From IMG/VR virus record IMGVR_UViG_3300037010_002844, positions 124,001-188,000 of that record: DNA of 64,000 nt. One strand, 5' to 3'. Each line of letters starts with the position of its first letter. Position 1 is the stretch's first letter. A program made the position numbers and the translations under genes. This document shows, piece by piece, positions 30,161 to 39,831 of the stretch. The notes under the pieces were generated by a model, which was not told where the DNA came from, searched no databases, and saw only the letters and a list, made by a program, of their open reading frames with translations.

Positions 30161-31138
30161 TCACGTCAATTCGGTGACTCGAGCAGCACCGTTGGTGCTG
30201 TTCCAAAGACCATCGATCTGGCCCACGTAGCCAAACGGAATCTCGTAGTAGCCTCGGGCCGTGAGCTGCACCGTGTAGCTGGTGTTCGAGGCAGTGGCTC
30301 CCAACTTGACGTACAACGTCTGGTTGCTGTCATTGAAAATCGTCGCACCGATGCGGTTGACGTTGGCAGCCAACAGCGTGACGTTGGTCGTGGAGGACGC
30401 AACGCTCAAAGTAGTTGATGTGTTTGCCACCGGATCAGATGCCAAGTAGCCAGCCGGCGTGGTGCGCAAGGTCCTGACGACACCGAGCGGGTCGACGCCG
30501 CCGATGATGACCGGCGCTGCGTTATTAGCAGTTGAACCCGACAGGACGGGACCAACGACGACCTGGCGACCGGAAGCATCCGTCAATAGACCACGAACGA
30601 TGCCGCCGGAGTCAGCACCCGCAATGAGGACCGGATTACCCGTAGCAGTCGAGCCTGACTGGTTCTGACCAACGACGGTGACAGTGCCGGAGACCTGCTG
30701 GGCACCCTGCGTGAAGACTGAAACTCCACCAGTGATGCTGACAGAGCCTGAGACCTGCTGAGCGCCTTGGGTATAGACAGCGACGGAGCCAGTGACCTGC
30801 TGAGCTCCCTGAGTGAAGACAGAGACGCCGCCAGAGACGCCGACAGTTCCTGAAACGCCCTGAATGCCTTGTGTGTAGACTGAAAGACCTTGGGCAGTGA
30901 CGAACAACTTGCCTGAGGTGTCAGTCAAGAAACCGCGAAGGATGCCGCCGGAGTCAGCGCCACCGACCAACTGCGGGAATCCTGTAGTGGTTGAGCCAGA
31001 CTGAACCGGACCGACAGCAGAAATGTTGCCAGAGATTGAAACAGATCCCGAGGTCTGGACGGCCAATGGATTTGTTGGGACGCCGATCGGGTTGCCGTTG
31101 ACATCGTACAGAATTGCTAGCGGATTGGTGACTCCCAT
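30161..31138 (-). CDS. Repeat-containing fibre-like protein
   Basis: Internal peptide repeats plus C-terminal LLAANVNRIGATIFNDS..LYVKLG beta-sandwich domain. Confidence 0.65.
   Translation of the reverse strand: MGVTNPLAILYDVNGNPIGVPTNPLAVQTSGSVSISGNISAVGPVQSGSTTTGFPQLVGGADSGGILRGFLTDTSGKLFVTAQGLSVYTQGIQGVSGTVGVSGGVSVFTQGAQQVTGSVAVYTQGAQQVSGSVSITGGVSVFTQGAQQVSGTVTVVGQNQSGSTATGNPVLIAGADSGGIVRGLLTDASGRQVVVGPVLSGSTANNAAPVIIGGVDPLGVVRTLRTTPAGYLASDPVANTSTTLSVASSTTNVTLLAANVNRIGATIFNDSNQTLYVKLGATASNTSYTVQLTARGYYEIPFGYVGQIDGLWNSTNGAARVTELT
30460..31020 (-). repeat. Intragenic peptide repeats
   Basis: 4x V(Y/F)TQG(A/I)Q(Q/G)V(S/T)G and 3x G..SGST....P..GG.D..G..R...TD.SG; cagagcctg/gagacctgctg-type DNA repeats visible. 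Confidence 0.75.
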
Positions 31139-31150
31139 ATCGTTGGCCTC

Positions 31151-31837
31151 TTAGGTGATGACTCTTGTTCGAGAAGTCTCAAAGATCCCAGAGTAAGTAA
31201 TCGTGTCAGTCGCTGTTGCCAACAGCGTGATGCCGTCAGGTGCATAGACCTTCCACTGCACTGTTGAGAAGGTCTTGTTGGCGTTGTATGACACGATTTG
31301 TTCTGTGATCTTCTTCGTCCGGCCCACGTCAGCATACCAAATAGATGACGTTGGGAATGGTTGTGGTCCGGTATCACAATAAGTAGTTCCGAACGTCTCA
31401 TATGGGCCACCGCCTCCATCAGCGAGGTGAATCAGCTGCCTGATCGCCGCGTGTGAAGCAGAGTTATACGCAACGTTCTGACTGAAGATGTACTGCCCGC
31501 CAGGACCCGTATCAGTGACGTCGATGCCTGCAGAGCCCGTCAACTTACGAGCATTCGGCAAAGAACCCGTCAACGTGATCAGCGCGTAGGCAGCATTAGG
31601 ATCGCCTCCTCCATGCATTGATGACGAGACAGGCGTCCAGTACGAATTTGTGTCGTCTCGGCGATAGAGGATGTTGTTCGCGGTATTCCAGAAGATTTCT
31701 CCGGGCTGCGAGACAACCGGAAAAGATGATCCTGAAGGAATGATCAGCACGCCACCCAGGGTCCGATCGAACTCCCAGATCCCAGTGATCGTCTTATTCG
31801 ACGAGTCGTCAATGACGACCTGGACTACATGCATCAT
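31151..31837 (-). CDS. Putative fibre/virion protein
   Basis: PGEIFWNTANNILYRR and LTGSLPNARKLTGSAGI motifs typical of fibres. Confidence 0.6.
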   Translation of the reverse strand: MMHVVQVVIDDSSNKTITGIWEFDRTLGGVLIIPSGSSFPVVSQPGEIFWNTANNILYRRDDTNSYWTPVSSSMHGGGDPNAAYALITLTGSLPNARKLTGSAGIDVTDTGPGGQYIFSQNVAYNSASHAAIRQLIHLADGGGGPYETFGTTYCDTGPQPFPTSSIWYADVGRTKKITEQIVSYNANKTFSTVQWKVYAPDGITLLATATDTITYSGIFETSRTRVIT

Positions 31838-32325
31838 TAGAGCACCCGCGTCCGCGTCACAGTGATAATGCGACGGCGGCTGTCGTAGGTAGGTACTTCA
31901 ATGACCTGGGCCTTCAACGAACCGTCAGGATTGTAAGCGCTGCTGGTCATAGCATTGATAAACCTGTAGTTCGGGCCATAGACTACTGTGTAGTCCTGCA
32001 GCTTTTGGGTCTTAGCGATGTCCGTCCAAATGGTGAGGTTGGTCAGACCGATGGTGTTGTACTGCAGCTCCTCATAACCATTCGCTGCATTATCATGCGC
32101 CAGAGAATTCAACGCCTCGTGGGTCGGCTCATCGAGTCCCAACCTGCGAATGACGCCTTCCTCGTGAAAGAAGAAGCCGCTGCCAGAGACTGATCCGGAA
32201 ACGTAATAGATCTCGCCGTCAGTCGACGGCAATGAGGCAGAAACGAGCAGCAGCTGGATCGATTCATCGATCCGCTCACCAGGAAAGTCGTCAGGTGTGC
32301 GACCGCCGCCGAAGATTCCGCCCAT
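31837..32325 (-). CDS. Putative virion protein
   Basis: C-terminus resembles that of the next gene; coupled. Confidence 0.6.
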   Translation of the reverse strand: MGGIFGGGRTPDDFPGERIDESIQLLLVSASLPSTDGEIYYVSGSVSGSGFFFHEEGVIRRLGLDEPTHEALNSLAHDNAANGYEELQYNTIGLTNLTIWTDIAKTQKLQDYTVVYGPNYRFINAMTSSAYNPDGSLKAQVIEVPTYDSRRRIITVTRTRVL

Positions 32326-32340
32326 TCCGCAGCATAACTA

Positions 32341-32859
32341 TCACTTCTGGGGTCTGGTCTTCCGTTGCTTCTTGCTGGGGGCCGCTTGTTCTTCTTCGAC
32401 ACGTTCAGCTTCAAGCGGATGATCTTCAGGCAGGTAACCCACGGGTCGCTCTTTCAGGTTCTGCGGCACCTGCGATTCATACTGGGCGACTTCCGCGAGC
32501 TTAGCTCGTTCAGAGTCCCAAACCGCCTTCGCATCAGCAACAGCTTTCTTCATTGCCTCTGCCGCTCCATGAGACGCCAGCCTACGGGCCTCAGTGTCGG
32601 TGAACAACTGCTTCACCAGTTCAATGCACGCAGAGACGTACGACAAGGCGTGTTCGCCTTCCTTGAGGGGCAGCTTGCCCGTGGTGACGTCTTCCTTGAT
32701 CTTGCCTCTGTACTCCTCGAGACGGGCCCCCGCCATCCCGAAGGCTGTCTTCATGGCGTTGAACTGCTTGACTTCTTCTTCGTAGACTTCCTTGGCATTT
32801 TCCAGCCGGCTGCCCATCGAAAACGTCGCAGCGACCCTACCCTCGTGAAAATCACTCAT
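32341..32859 (-). CDS. Hypothetical helical protein
   Basis: 172-aa ORF with TACAAT 6 nt before the ATG. Confidence 0.7.
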   Translation of the reverse strand: MSDFHEGRVAATFSMGSRLENAKEVYEEEVKQFNAMKTAFGMAGARLEEYRGKIKEDVTTGKLPLKEGEHALSYVSACIELVKQLFTDTEARRLASHGAAEAMKKAVADAKAVWDSERAKLAEVAQYESQVPQNLKERPVGYLPEDHPLEAERVEEEQAAPSKKQRKTRPQK

Positions 32860-32906
32860 GCCCGGATTGTACCGAGCATGAGTGTCACGTTAACTGTGAG
32901 AGATCA

Positions 32907-34535
32907 TCACCCGCCGGTGAAGACCTCCATGGTGATGACCGAGCCACTTCTGATCTTCATCGGGAACTTGAGGTCGCCCGTAGCCGCAGAAGTGCCCGGG
33001 TAGACGTCGTTGGCATTGCCTGCCGAGGTGCCTGGGACCAACAGAATACCATTCAGGTAGATGTTGAGATCCTTGGCAAAGTCCCTGCCCACGTAGCTGA
33101 GCAACGGCGCGTCCAGGTTCGTCGGATAGGTCACGTTGACGTTCGGGTTGATGAACTGAGCACCTGTGGTGCCAGCCTGCGCCCGCTTGCGGTGTAGTGC
33201 ACCCGAGACTGCCGTGTAGATCGAGCTCGACAGGGCATCAAACGCGCCGAGAATCGAAGTTCCCGCGCCGAAGAGTGCACCAAACTGATCCCACTCCGCA
33301 ATGCTGTTCGAGAAGTTGATGCTCGATGACAGCGCACCGGTGCCGTACTGGTCATTGAACTGCAGGTTACCGCCTGGGTTCAGTGACAAGTTGACGCTGG
33401 GCTGCAGGAACAGGCTCAGGGCGCTGCTGATGACGCCTGGGTTCGAGGCACCGATGTCGATCGGGTTGTTAGAACCCGTGCCAACAGTGATGCCGCTCTT
33501 GAAGCTGACAGCGTCATTGACAAACGTTGCCAAAGTGGCGCTGACGATCATCTCTGTATACGTCGGACCTGCGAAGAGCGACCACATCTGCTGCGTGCCG
33601 CTCAAAAAGGTCCAGGACGTGCCTGCCGCCAGCTGAATGTTGGTGCCCGTGGTGTCGACGACAACAGTCGCACCCTGGTTGTCGATCGCCCTCTGCAGGG
33701 TGATGTCTGCCAGGGTGACCACAGAACCACCCGTAATTGGTTGCGGAATGTCGATGAAGATGTTGTTGGAGAGGTACGCATCCTCAGGCAGGTCCTTGAG
33801 GTCCGTCCTGCTGATGTAGGCGTAGTTGATCGTCCGACCGCCGATGTCAGAGGCAGGGACCGGTGCCAGCGACGAGGTGCCGTTGATCATCTTCTCGTAG
33901 ATGAACGAGATCTGAGTACGGTTGCTGACATCATCGAACGTGTTGCCTGTGGCAACGCCCGGTTCAGCCTGCATCAGGCCGAAGATCTCCTGCCCGCCGC
34001 CCAAGGAGGTGGTCAAGGTAGAGTGCGTCCAAGCGTCGCGGACGATAACCAGGTTCTTGGGAGTGATTGCCGACGAGCCAGAGACCTGTTCGATGCTAAA
34101 TGCACCGTAGGTTCCTGCGAGGGCAACCAACGTACCCGTGGCATATGGCTCCAGGCCGACGACTGCCGGGCTGGCGGGTGCCGTTCCTAGGGACACTGAC
34201 AGCAATGCAAAGTTTGAACCCGTCGCAATGTTGACCTGCGTGAGGTTCTGGCGGCGGAACAGGAAGCGGTGCTGTTCAAGATCGGCAAGATCGCTGCCCA
34301 ACGTGTTGACGCCTCGGGCAGGCACGATGCCGTAACCGCCCGACACCTGCGTCACCATGTCGTACCAGCTGCCTGTCATGCCGGCCCACAACAGCTGCCT
34401 GATCTGAGTCCTCAACGCATTGAGGTCATCCTCAAGGCTGAGAGAACCGGTCTGCAGGCCGTCGCCAACCAACAACGCGTCATTGTACGTGTCTGAATTG
34501 AAGATCTGGGTTGGCTGATCGACAAACGTCCTCAT
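32907..34535 (-). CDS. Putative virion structural protein
   Basis: S/T/G-rich; C-terminal IYLNGILL..DVY module. Confidence 0.6.
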   Translation of the reverse strand: MRTFVDQPTQIFNSDTYNDALLVGDGLQTGSLSLEDDLNALRTQIRQLLWAGMTGSWYDMVTQVSGGYGIVPARGVNTLGSDLADLEQHRFLFRRQNLTQVNIATGSNFALLSVSLGTAPASPAVVGLEPYATGTLVALAGTYGAFSIEQVSGSSAITPKNLVIVRDAWTHSTLTTSLGGGQEIFGLMQAEPGVATGNTFDDVSNRTQISFIYEKMINGTSSLAPVPASDIGGRTINYAYISRTDLKDLPEDAYLSNNIFIDIPQPITGGSVVTLADITLQRAIDNQGATVVVDTTGTNIQLAAGTSWTFLSGTQQMWSLFAGPTYTEMIVSATLATFVNDAVSFKSGITVGTGSNNPIDIGASNPGVISSALSLFLQPSVNLSLNPGGNLQFNDQYGTGALSSSINFSNSIAEWDQFGALFGAGTSILGAFDALSSSIYTAVSGALHRKRAQAGTTGAQFINPNVNVTYPTNLDAPLLSYVGRDFAKDLNIYLNGILLVPGTSAGNANDVYPGTSAATGDLKFPMKIRSGSVITMEVFTGG

Positions 34536-34596
34536 CGGTTGCGTCTCCTATGACCTAAGGTCGAGACTAAATATCGATGAGGAAGAATCAGAACGT

Positions 34597-35055
34597 TCAG
34601 TACGGATACGTCGCTCGAAAATTGCTACCCGACCTGTAAGGATGTAGCATGTGAACGATTGACCCAGAGACCAACACGTAGTCGGAATCAGACCCTTGTT
34701 CCTGTAGGATGCCGTTGTAGAAGAACATCAAGGCTGAACCAGGAGTCGGAGCAAATGATAGCGCAAAATCTCGATTGACGCCGTCGTTGAGGCCGACCGG
34801 TCGCTCCATCCACATCGTGGTGGACCCGGTCAACATTCCGGTGGCAGAGATGACCAGGTCGCCGCCCGGTCCCCCGTCCGTGATTGTCACGCCCGGGCCC
34901 TGAACCAGCCTGCGAGCGCTCGGGGGCTGCGTTCCAGCAACGCCTGAGACAATGACCCATGGTGTCGTATTGACGACCTGATCGAGCTGATCGTGAGTAA
35001 GTGTCCCTACACCTCCTAGCTCGCTGTGGTCATCTACTACCCGATATGCCGTCAT
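34597..35055 (-). CDS. Putative virion structural protein
   Basis: ERPVGLNDGVNRDFAL..FYNGILQEQGSDSDYVL module common in phage virion proteins. Confidence 0.6.
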   Translation of the reverse strand: MTAYRVVDDHSELGGVGTLTHDQLDQVVNTTPWVIVSGVAGTQPPSARRLVQGPGVTITDGGPGGDLVISATGMLTGSTTMWMERPVGLNDGVNRDFALSFAPTPGSALMFFYNGILQEQGSDSDYVLVSGSIVHMLHPYRSGSNFRATYPY

Positions 35056-35116
35056 CCTTCACAGTCCCTGCTAACGTGAAAATATACCCTGTCGTGAACG
35101 ACCGGGGCCGACGGAC

Positions 35117-35338
35117 TCACCGCGGGACTGTCAGAAATGATTTGATGACGATCCAACGTAGTAACCGCGAAATTCTGACCTGCTCAGTCAGATTGTCTGA
35201 GTCACTCAGCAGTTCTTCGCTGTCATCTACGTCCTCAGCGCCTGACTTCATCATGCCTGTCCTCGATGGACCAGGTTGATATGAAAAGACGCCTTCTGGC
35301 AACCTCACTTGCTTTTTCTTGTTTTTTCCGTGGGTCAT
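35117..35338 (-). CDS. Hypothetical protein
   Basis: GAGG RBS before the ATG. Confidence 0.45.
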   Translation of the reverse strand: MTHGKNKKKQVRLPEGVFSYQPGPSRTGMMKSGAEDVDDSEELLSDSDNLTEQVRISRLLRWIVIKSFLTVPR

Positions 35339-35404
35339 CTGGTTACCTCACGGCAGCAACTCAAGGTTTCTATCTTGTTGCAGCACGTTCATGCTGCATA
35401 ACTA

Positions 35405-36010
35405 TCACAGACCCAAAGCGCCAGACACTTCCGCGGGCGTCAGTTCATCTTCTGGCAGCGGCTCAGTCCCCTCGAAAGCACCTGTCAGGTCGACGGGTTC
35501 AACATCACCATGGCCGTCCATCCACCGACGGCTGCACTTGACGATGCGCTTGCCTGCTTCACGGAGATCCTCATTTGTGACATTGACGAAGAGAATGCAC
35601 TTGTCAGCTGCACGAGCTTGGGACTCAGCCATCAGATTGCCGCACAACTCTGACTGCACCTTCTGAAGGTGCGCAATGTCGGCTAGCTCGTCGAGCACGG
35701 CCCGTGTCAGGTGCATATCCTCACGAATTTCGCGGAATGATTCACCCGACTTCACCTGCCAATCCTTTATGCTCTTGAAAGAGGAATCGATGTGCATCCG
35801 CGGGTCGTTGAAAGCGCAGTCTTTGGTGACCTCAGCCAGCATCTTGTCATCATAGACCAGATGTGCCGCGATATCGTCGGTTCCCTTCAATGAAGTTCCG
35901 ACGCCGGCGTTCTTCCGACGCGCATAGTCAACGATTTCGTCGTTTCTTTCAGCCGCCATAATCGCGAGGGTCTCTTCTAGCGCAGCGCGGTCCAACTTAA
36001 AATCACTCAT
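35405..36010 (-). CDS. Hypothetical protein
   Basis: GAGGAG RBS and TATTTA motif upstream. Confidence 0.75.
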   Translation of the reverse strand: MSDFKLDRAALEETLAIMAAERNDEIVDYARRKNAGVGTSLKGTDDIAAHLVYDDKMLAEVTKDCAFNDPRMHIDSSFKSIKDWQVKSGESFREIREDMHLTRAVLDELADIAHLQKVQSELCGNLMAESQARAADKCILFVNVTNEDLREAGKRIVKCSRRWMDGHGDVEPVDLTGAFEGTEPLPEDELTPAEVSGALGL

Positions 36011-36047
36011 GTTATCTCCTCAAAAGCGCGGCAGCGCTCCACTGGAG

Positions 36048-36650
36048 CTAAATATTGACTCGAGTGAGCAGGATGGGTTCGCCGGCCAGCGGACGGGCCG
36101 TCTTCCACTCGGGATACGCAGCAAGGAACTCATCGACGGCAGGCTTGACGCCGTGCTTCTCCGTCTCGATCTTGGCAGTCGCGTCCTTGACGTCCTTGTA
36201 ATCAGGCCGCTCAGCATACCAGAGGTCCTTGTCAGACCACCGACCCTCGTAATCGTCAATGATGACCAGAGAGTGTGGATGACACAGGTCCTCGAGGTGC
36301 AGCAGCTCCTGTTGAACAGTGTGGAAGTTGTGATCGCCGTCCAACAGCACTAGATCGAACTTCATGCCTTGCGCGACCAACTTGGGCAAGACATCGAGGC
36401 TGTTGCCCTGAATGAGGAACAGTTGCTGGTTTGGGCTCAAGTCTAGGTTCCTCGACATGATGGTGACCTGCTCTTGGACCAGAATATCCACACCGACCAT
36501 GACGAACTGTTCCTTGGCCCGCGCCATGAAGGCTGCCAAAGGAAACAACGAGACGCCACGATCGACACCGATCTCGATGACAAACGGAGGATGAGGCAAC
36601 CGATGAATGAAGTTCTTCATCATCGGCAGATACCCGTGATATGCCATCAC
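36048..36650 (-). CDS. Class I SAM-dependent methyltransferase (Methyltransf_24-like)
   Basis: VIEIGVDRGVS, GNSLDVL, FDLVLLDGDH, VIIDDY. Confidence 0.85.
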   Translation of the reverse strand: MMAYHGYLPMMKNFIHRLPHPPFVIEIGVDRGVSLFPLAAFMARAKEQFVMVGVDILVQEQVTIMSRNLDLSPNQQLFLIQGNSLDVLPKLVAQGMKFDLVLLDGDHNFHTVQQELLHLEDLCHPHSLVIIDDYEGRWSDKDLWYAERPDYKDVKDATAKIETEKHGVKPAVDEFLAAYPEWKTARPLAGEPILLTRVNI

Positions 36651-36937
36651 GCCACCCGCCTCAGATACGTTGGCCTAATGTCATTGGGATCGAACCAAAC
36701 GCATTGGTGCTTCTCACGGCGTTTGACAGGCACATAGCGTCCATGAATGATCATGCGTTGCAGGGTGACGAGGATGCCGGGAGGCCTGTCAGAATCTCCA
36801 GGCTTATCAGGCACACACTCACGCGTATAGATCCGTGTGGCACGCACGTACGTGCCATTTTCTTTCTTAATGAACCCAGTGATCACCAATGGTGACATCT
36901 GGACCCGCTTCGCCTTCTTGTCGTTGTGACCCATCAC
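36647..36937 (-). CDS. Hypothetical protein
   Basis: Overlaps both neighbours by 4 nt. Confidence 0.6.
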   Translation of the reverse strand: MMGHNDKKAKRVQMSPLVITGFIKKENGTYVRATRIYTRECVPDKPGDSDRPPGILVTLQRMIIHGRYVPVKRREKHQCVWFDPNDIRPTYLRRVA

Positions 36938-37158
36938 TGCCCCGCGATCAGCGCCTGGACTGCGGTCTCTACGCGGCGACGTAGCTCTTCCGGCAGCGCA
37001 GACAACAAAACGTAGGTCTCAGCTTTGACCGATGAGACGAGTGGACCACCGACGGTGTGAACGTCAGCGGGTTGAACGCCGACGCGCAAGGCGATGGGTG
37101 GCGGGCCCTTACGGGCCGCCATGATCGGTGCATAGAGGTCGATCTTCTGGACTTCCAT
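36934..37158 (-). CDS. Hypothetical protein
   Basis: Coupled ORF. Confidence 0.65.
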   Translation of the reverse strand: MEVQKIDLYAPIMAARKGPPPIALRVGVQPADVHTVGGPLVSSVKAETYVLLSALPEELRRRVETAVQALIAGQ

Positions 37159-37161
37159 GGT

Positions 37162-37341
37162 TCAACCCTTCAGGACGCCCTTACCTTCGTTGAGTGCCTG
37201 ATTTGCCCGAGCGAGCTCCTTCAACAGAAGGTTTCGCTGTTCCTTGAGGGCCACCACGTTTTCTCCGCGGTTGGTCTTTTCGTTGATCTGGGTCTCAAGG
37301 TCCCTGATCTGCTCGGCTAGCAGTTCTGACGTTGCTGACAT
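37162..37341 (-). CDS. Small coiled-coil protein (59 aa; not in ORF track)
   Basis: AAGGAGAGG RBS; MSATSELLAEQIRDLETQINEK...GVLKG*. Confidence 0.7.
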   Translation of the reverse strand: MSATSELLAEQIRDLETQINEKTNRGENVVALKEQRNLLLKELARANQALNEGKGVLKG

Positions 37342-37616
37342 GGACTTTCCTCTCCTTGGTTGTCTTACACCATTCGTGCGCGGAGGGACTGGGATCTATA
37401 CCTTCTCGTCATTGTTCCATCGACAACATCGACGAGAACGTCTCCTTCCACGGACGATTTCCCGAGACCAGCGGGCACATGGTCCAACGTGGACACACGG
37501 AGCTTGAATCCTGCTGATTTTACCTTGACGTATGCAAATGCCAGTGCCTGGCCGCGCCAATCCCAACAACTGGTCTGTTTGGCATTTGTTGTCTTTCAGT
37601 TTGTAACTGTGATTCT

Positions 37617-38356
37617 CTAGTAGGACTTAACGACCTTTCCCGTCGTTCTGTCCCACGCCGCCATCGTGGCATCGATGAACTTGACCTGCTCGTCAAGCTC
37701 TAGTTCTTGATTGTTGACTCGAATTAGAAGGATGCCGCGTTTCACTGCCTCACGTTCCTCAAGTCAATCTCTGAATTGCATCGTCTCGAAATCATGACCT
37801 GCGTGCACCTGTCTGAAGTGCCATTCACCGTCAGATTCGACCCAAACTTTACCGTCGTCAGACACAATGTCAACATCGAACATTACACCGTCGATGGACA
37901 CCTGCTTGTGTCTCTTGAATCCTCGAGACCTCAGCAGTTCTGCCAAGGCGCGTTCTGCTTTTAAGGAAGAATGACGATTATCAACTCTCGATAAAAGAAA
38001 TCGATGCCGTAGCTCAACGTCTTGAGCAAGACGTTGTTTCATTGAGTTACTTTTCTTCTCACTTGATTCTTGCGTGAACTTACGACGAGCTGCACACGCC
38101 TTGGAACATGTTTTCTTGACGTACACTTTTCGTTCCGGTGAAAACAACACCTGAAAAGTAGTGCCACACTCACACGTGCGCTCTTCGGTCACGAGCGTCT
38201 TTTCACCGCACCTCTTTGCAGTGGAGGCGCGAGCGTTCTCTTTGATCTTTTCAAGGCCTTCTTTGAATACGCTTGGGGCTTATGTTGCCACCTCACGTGG
38301 TTAGCTTTAGCTTGAAAAGTCTCAAAGAGAAGTTCACATTCATCACATCGTCACAT
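37617..38356 (-). pseudogene. Decayed Zn-finger + PD-(D/E)XK (Vsr/DUF559-like) endonuclease
   Basis: ATG-TGA then RCDEC..KANHVRWQH (C2H2); frameshift near 38265; CECG..CSKAC; FDVDIV..WVESDGEWH; internal TGA at 37764-37766 followed in frame by LEEREAVKRGILLIRV to TAG 37617. Confidence 0.8.
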
Positions 38357-38402
38357 GACAATAACTACACGTCATTTCCGTGGAGGTGATCAAAATAGAA
38401 CA

Positions 38403-38774
38403 TGGTGGAGGCGCCCGGAATCGAACCGGGGTCCGTAACAGATCCTCTGAGGACCTCATCCACAGGCTTGGTCCGTCTTGTTGCTCAACCTCCGGACGGG
38501 TCTAGCGACGCGAAATTTAGCGAGCTGGTCACCAACTCGACACTACGTTTTACGTCCAGTGCTTTGACGTGTTCCGCTTAACGTCCGGTTCCCCGACGTT
38601 TTCCCTGGCTTTCTGTTTCTAGGCGCCAGGACCCCATTCCTCAGGCCGCGAGGGCGAGAGGAGCAACACCATTGTCGTTGGCGTTTATACGTCACATGGG
38701 TTTTGAACTGGTCCCTCGTGCACCAGTGCCTGCAGTCTACAGTCTCAATGCCACGTCGAAGCCTAGTCGCCCCC
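38403..38774 (-). ncRNA. ssrA: tmRNA (one-piece, 372 nt), tag peptide ANDNGVAPLALAA
   Basis: 5' GGGGGCG pairs with 3' CGCCTCC-ACCA including G3:U; T-arm CCCGG-TTCGATT-CCGGG; internal tag ORF 38682-38641 ending ALAA*. Confidence 0.95.
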
Positions 38775-38836
38775 GTGCATTTGACCGAACAGCTCAGTTG
38801 TCAAAGATCGATGGCCGTAATTATGGCCTCACAGCG

Positions 38837-39214
38837 TCACTTCTTACCGCGAGGTTTTCCACCGGGCGGTTTGGGGTGCCCGCCCTTGCGCGGGTAAGTT
38901 CCCGCCTCAAGGTCGTCATCGTCCAACGTCAAGAAGTTCTCGGGCCGGGCCATCTGCCGCAGGTCCTCGTTCTTCTTCTCCAGCTCTGTAATCTTCTCCT
39001 TCTGGACCTTTTCCCAGCTATCGAAAAGTTCATCGTCTGTTGGGCCAGCGCCTGATCTCGTCAGCGAGGAGATGATGTAGGCCCGTAGACGATTGTGAAT
39101 CTCACGCAAGGCTGCTTCATCTGAGCCTACCGCCACCGACAATTCGCTCTCAAGTGCCCGGACCAGTAAGTTGTACAAGGCCAGGAACTCTTTCGGGTGA
39201 ATATTCAACTTCAT
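38837..39214 (-). CDS. Hypothetical protein
   Basis: ORF track, tight spacing. Confidence 0.75.
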   Translation of the reverse strand: MKLNIHPKEFLALYNLLVRALESELSVAVGSDEAALREIHNRLRAYIISSLTRSGAGPTDDELFDSWEKVQKEKITELEKKNEDLRQMARPENFLTLDDDDLEAGTYPRKGGHPKPPGGKPRGKK

Positions 39215-39217
39215 TAA

Positions 39218-39817
39218 TCAGCTCCGGCCCTGGAGCCTGTATGTCGTGTCGACAGTCAGGAGCTTCGTCCACTGCTTCGGGAACTTGGGAACGTTGACTG
39301 TGATCCAGTCGTGATTAACGTAGAGATCAATCGATCTCCCATGACGTCGAACGAAGCCCACGTCCTCGTACTCGGTGTAACCGTCGAGCACTACATCGAC
39401 CTGGTCGCCTTCCACGTGTTCAAATTCGAGTGACTGAGAGTTGTCGGTCTTGACGACCGGCAGTGCATGCAGCACGGATGCCGAGATCGTCTCTTCCACG
39501 TTAGGCAGGGAACTATCATCTTCCGCCTCTTTGGCGACGTCTTCGTAGACCTCGTCCTCATCCTCATCGTCCATGATGAGGCTGCCATTTGGCTTGGACT
39601 TCAGGCGCACGCGCTCTTCGGAAACGTGACAATCATCGCTGCACTCGTGGTCGCACTCGTCAACATCATCTTCAACATCAAGGATAAAGTCGTTGAGCCG
39701 ACCACGAAGATTGCGAACACGCTCGGTAATCGTTGACGATTCAACCAGCGACCGTGTCTGTTCGTAGTGAAACAGTACCTTCGCCAAAAAGAGCGCCTCT
39801 ACCTTAGTCAGTCTCAT
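39218..39817 (-). CDS. Hypothetical acidic protein
   Basis: GAGG RBS. Confidence 0.75.
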   Translation of the reverse strand: MRLTKVEALFLAKVLFHYEQTRSLVESSTITERVRNLRGRLNDFILDVEDDVDECDHECSDDCHVSEERVRLKSKPNGSLIMDDEDEDEVYEDVAKEAEDDSSLPNVEETISASVLHALPVVKTDNSQSLEFEHVEGDQVDVVLDGYTEYEDVGFVRRHGRSIDLYVNHDWITVNVPKFPKQWTKLLTVDTTYRLQGRS

Positions 39818-39831
39818 GTTTGCCTCTCAAC

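Noticed and set aside
30460-31020. CRISPR array or DGR repeat pair
   Set aside because: Repeats are in-frame degenerate peptide repeats with no spacers, adenine-specific variation or reverse transcriptase
37617-38356. Stop-codon reassignment suggested by in-frame TGA/TAG in nuclease genes
   Set aside because: Core genes terminate cleanly at TGA, TAA and TAG with no fragmentation; the affected genes also have frameshifts, so they are pseudogenes
38221-38414. 10-bp duplication (GTGGAGGCGC) of the tmRNA 3' end as an att site
   Set aside because: Short, lies inside the pseudogene coding region, and no integrase is present
38403-38435. tRNA gene
   Set aside because: The T-arm/CCA pairs with a 5' end 370 nt away and encloses a tag ORF, so it is tmRNA
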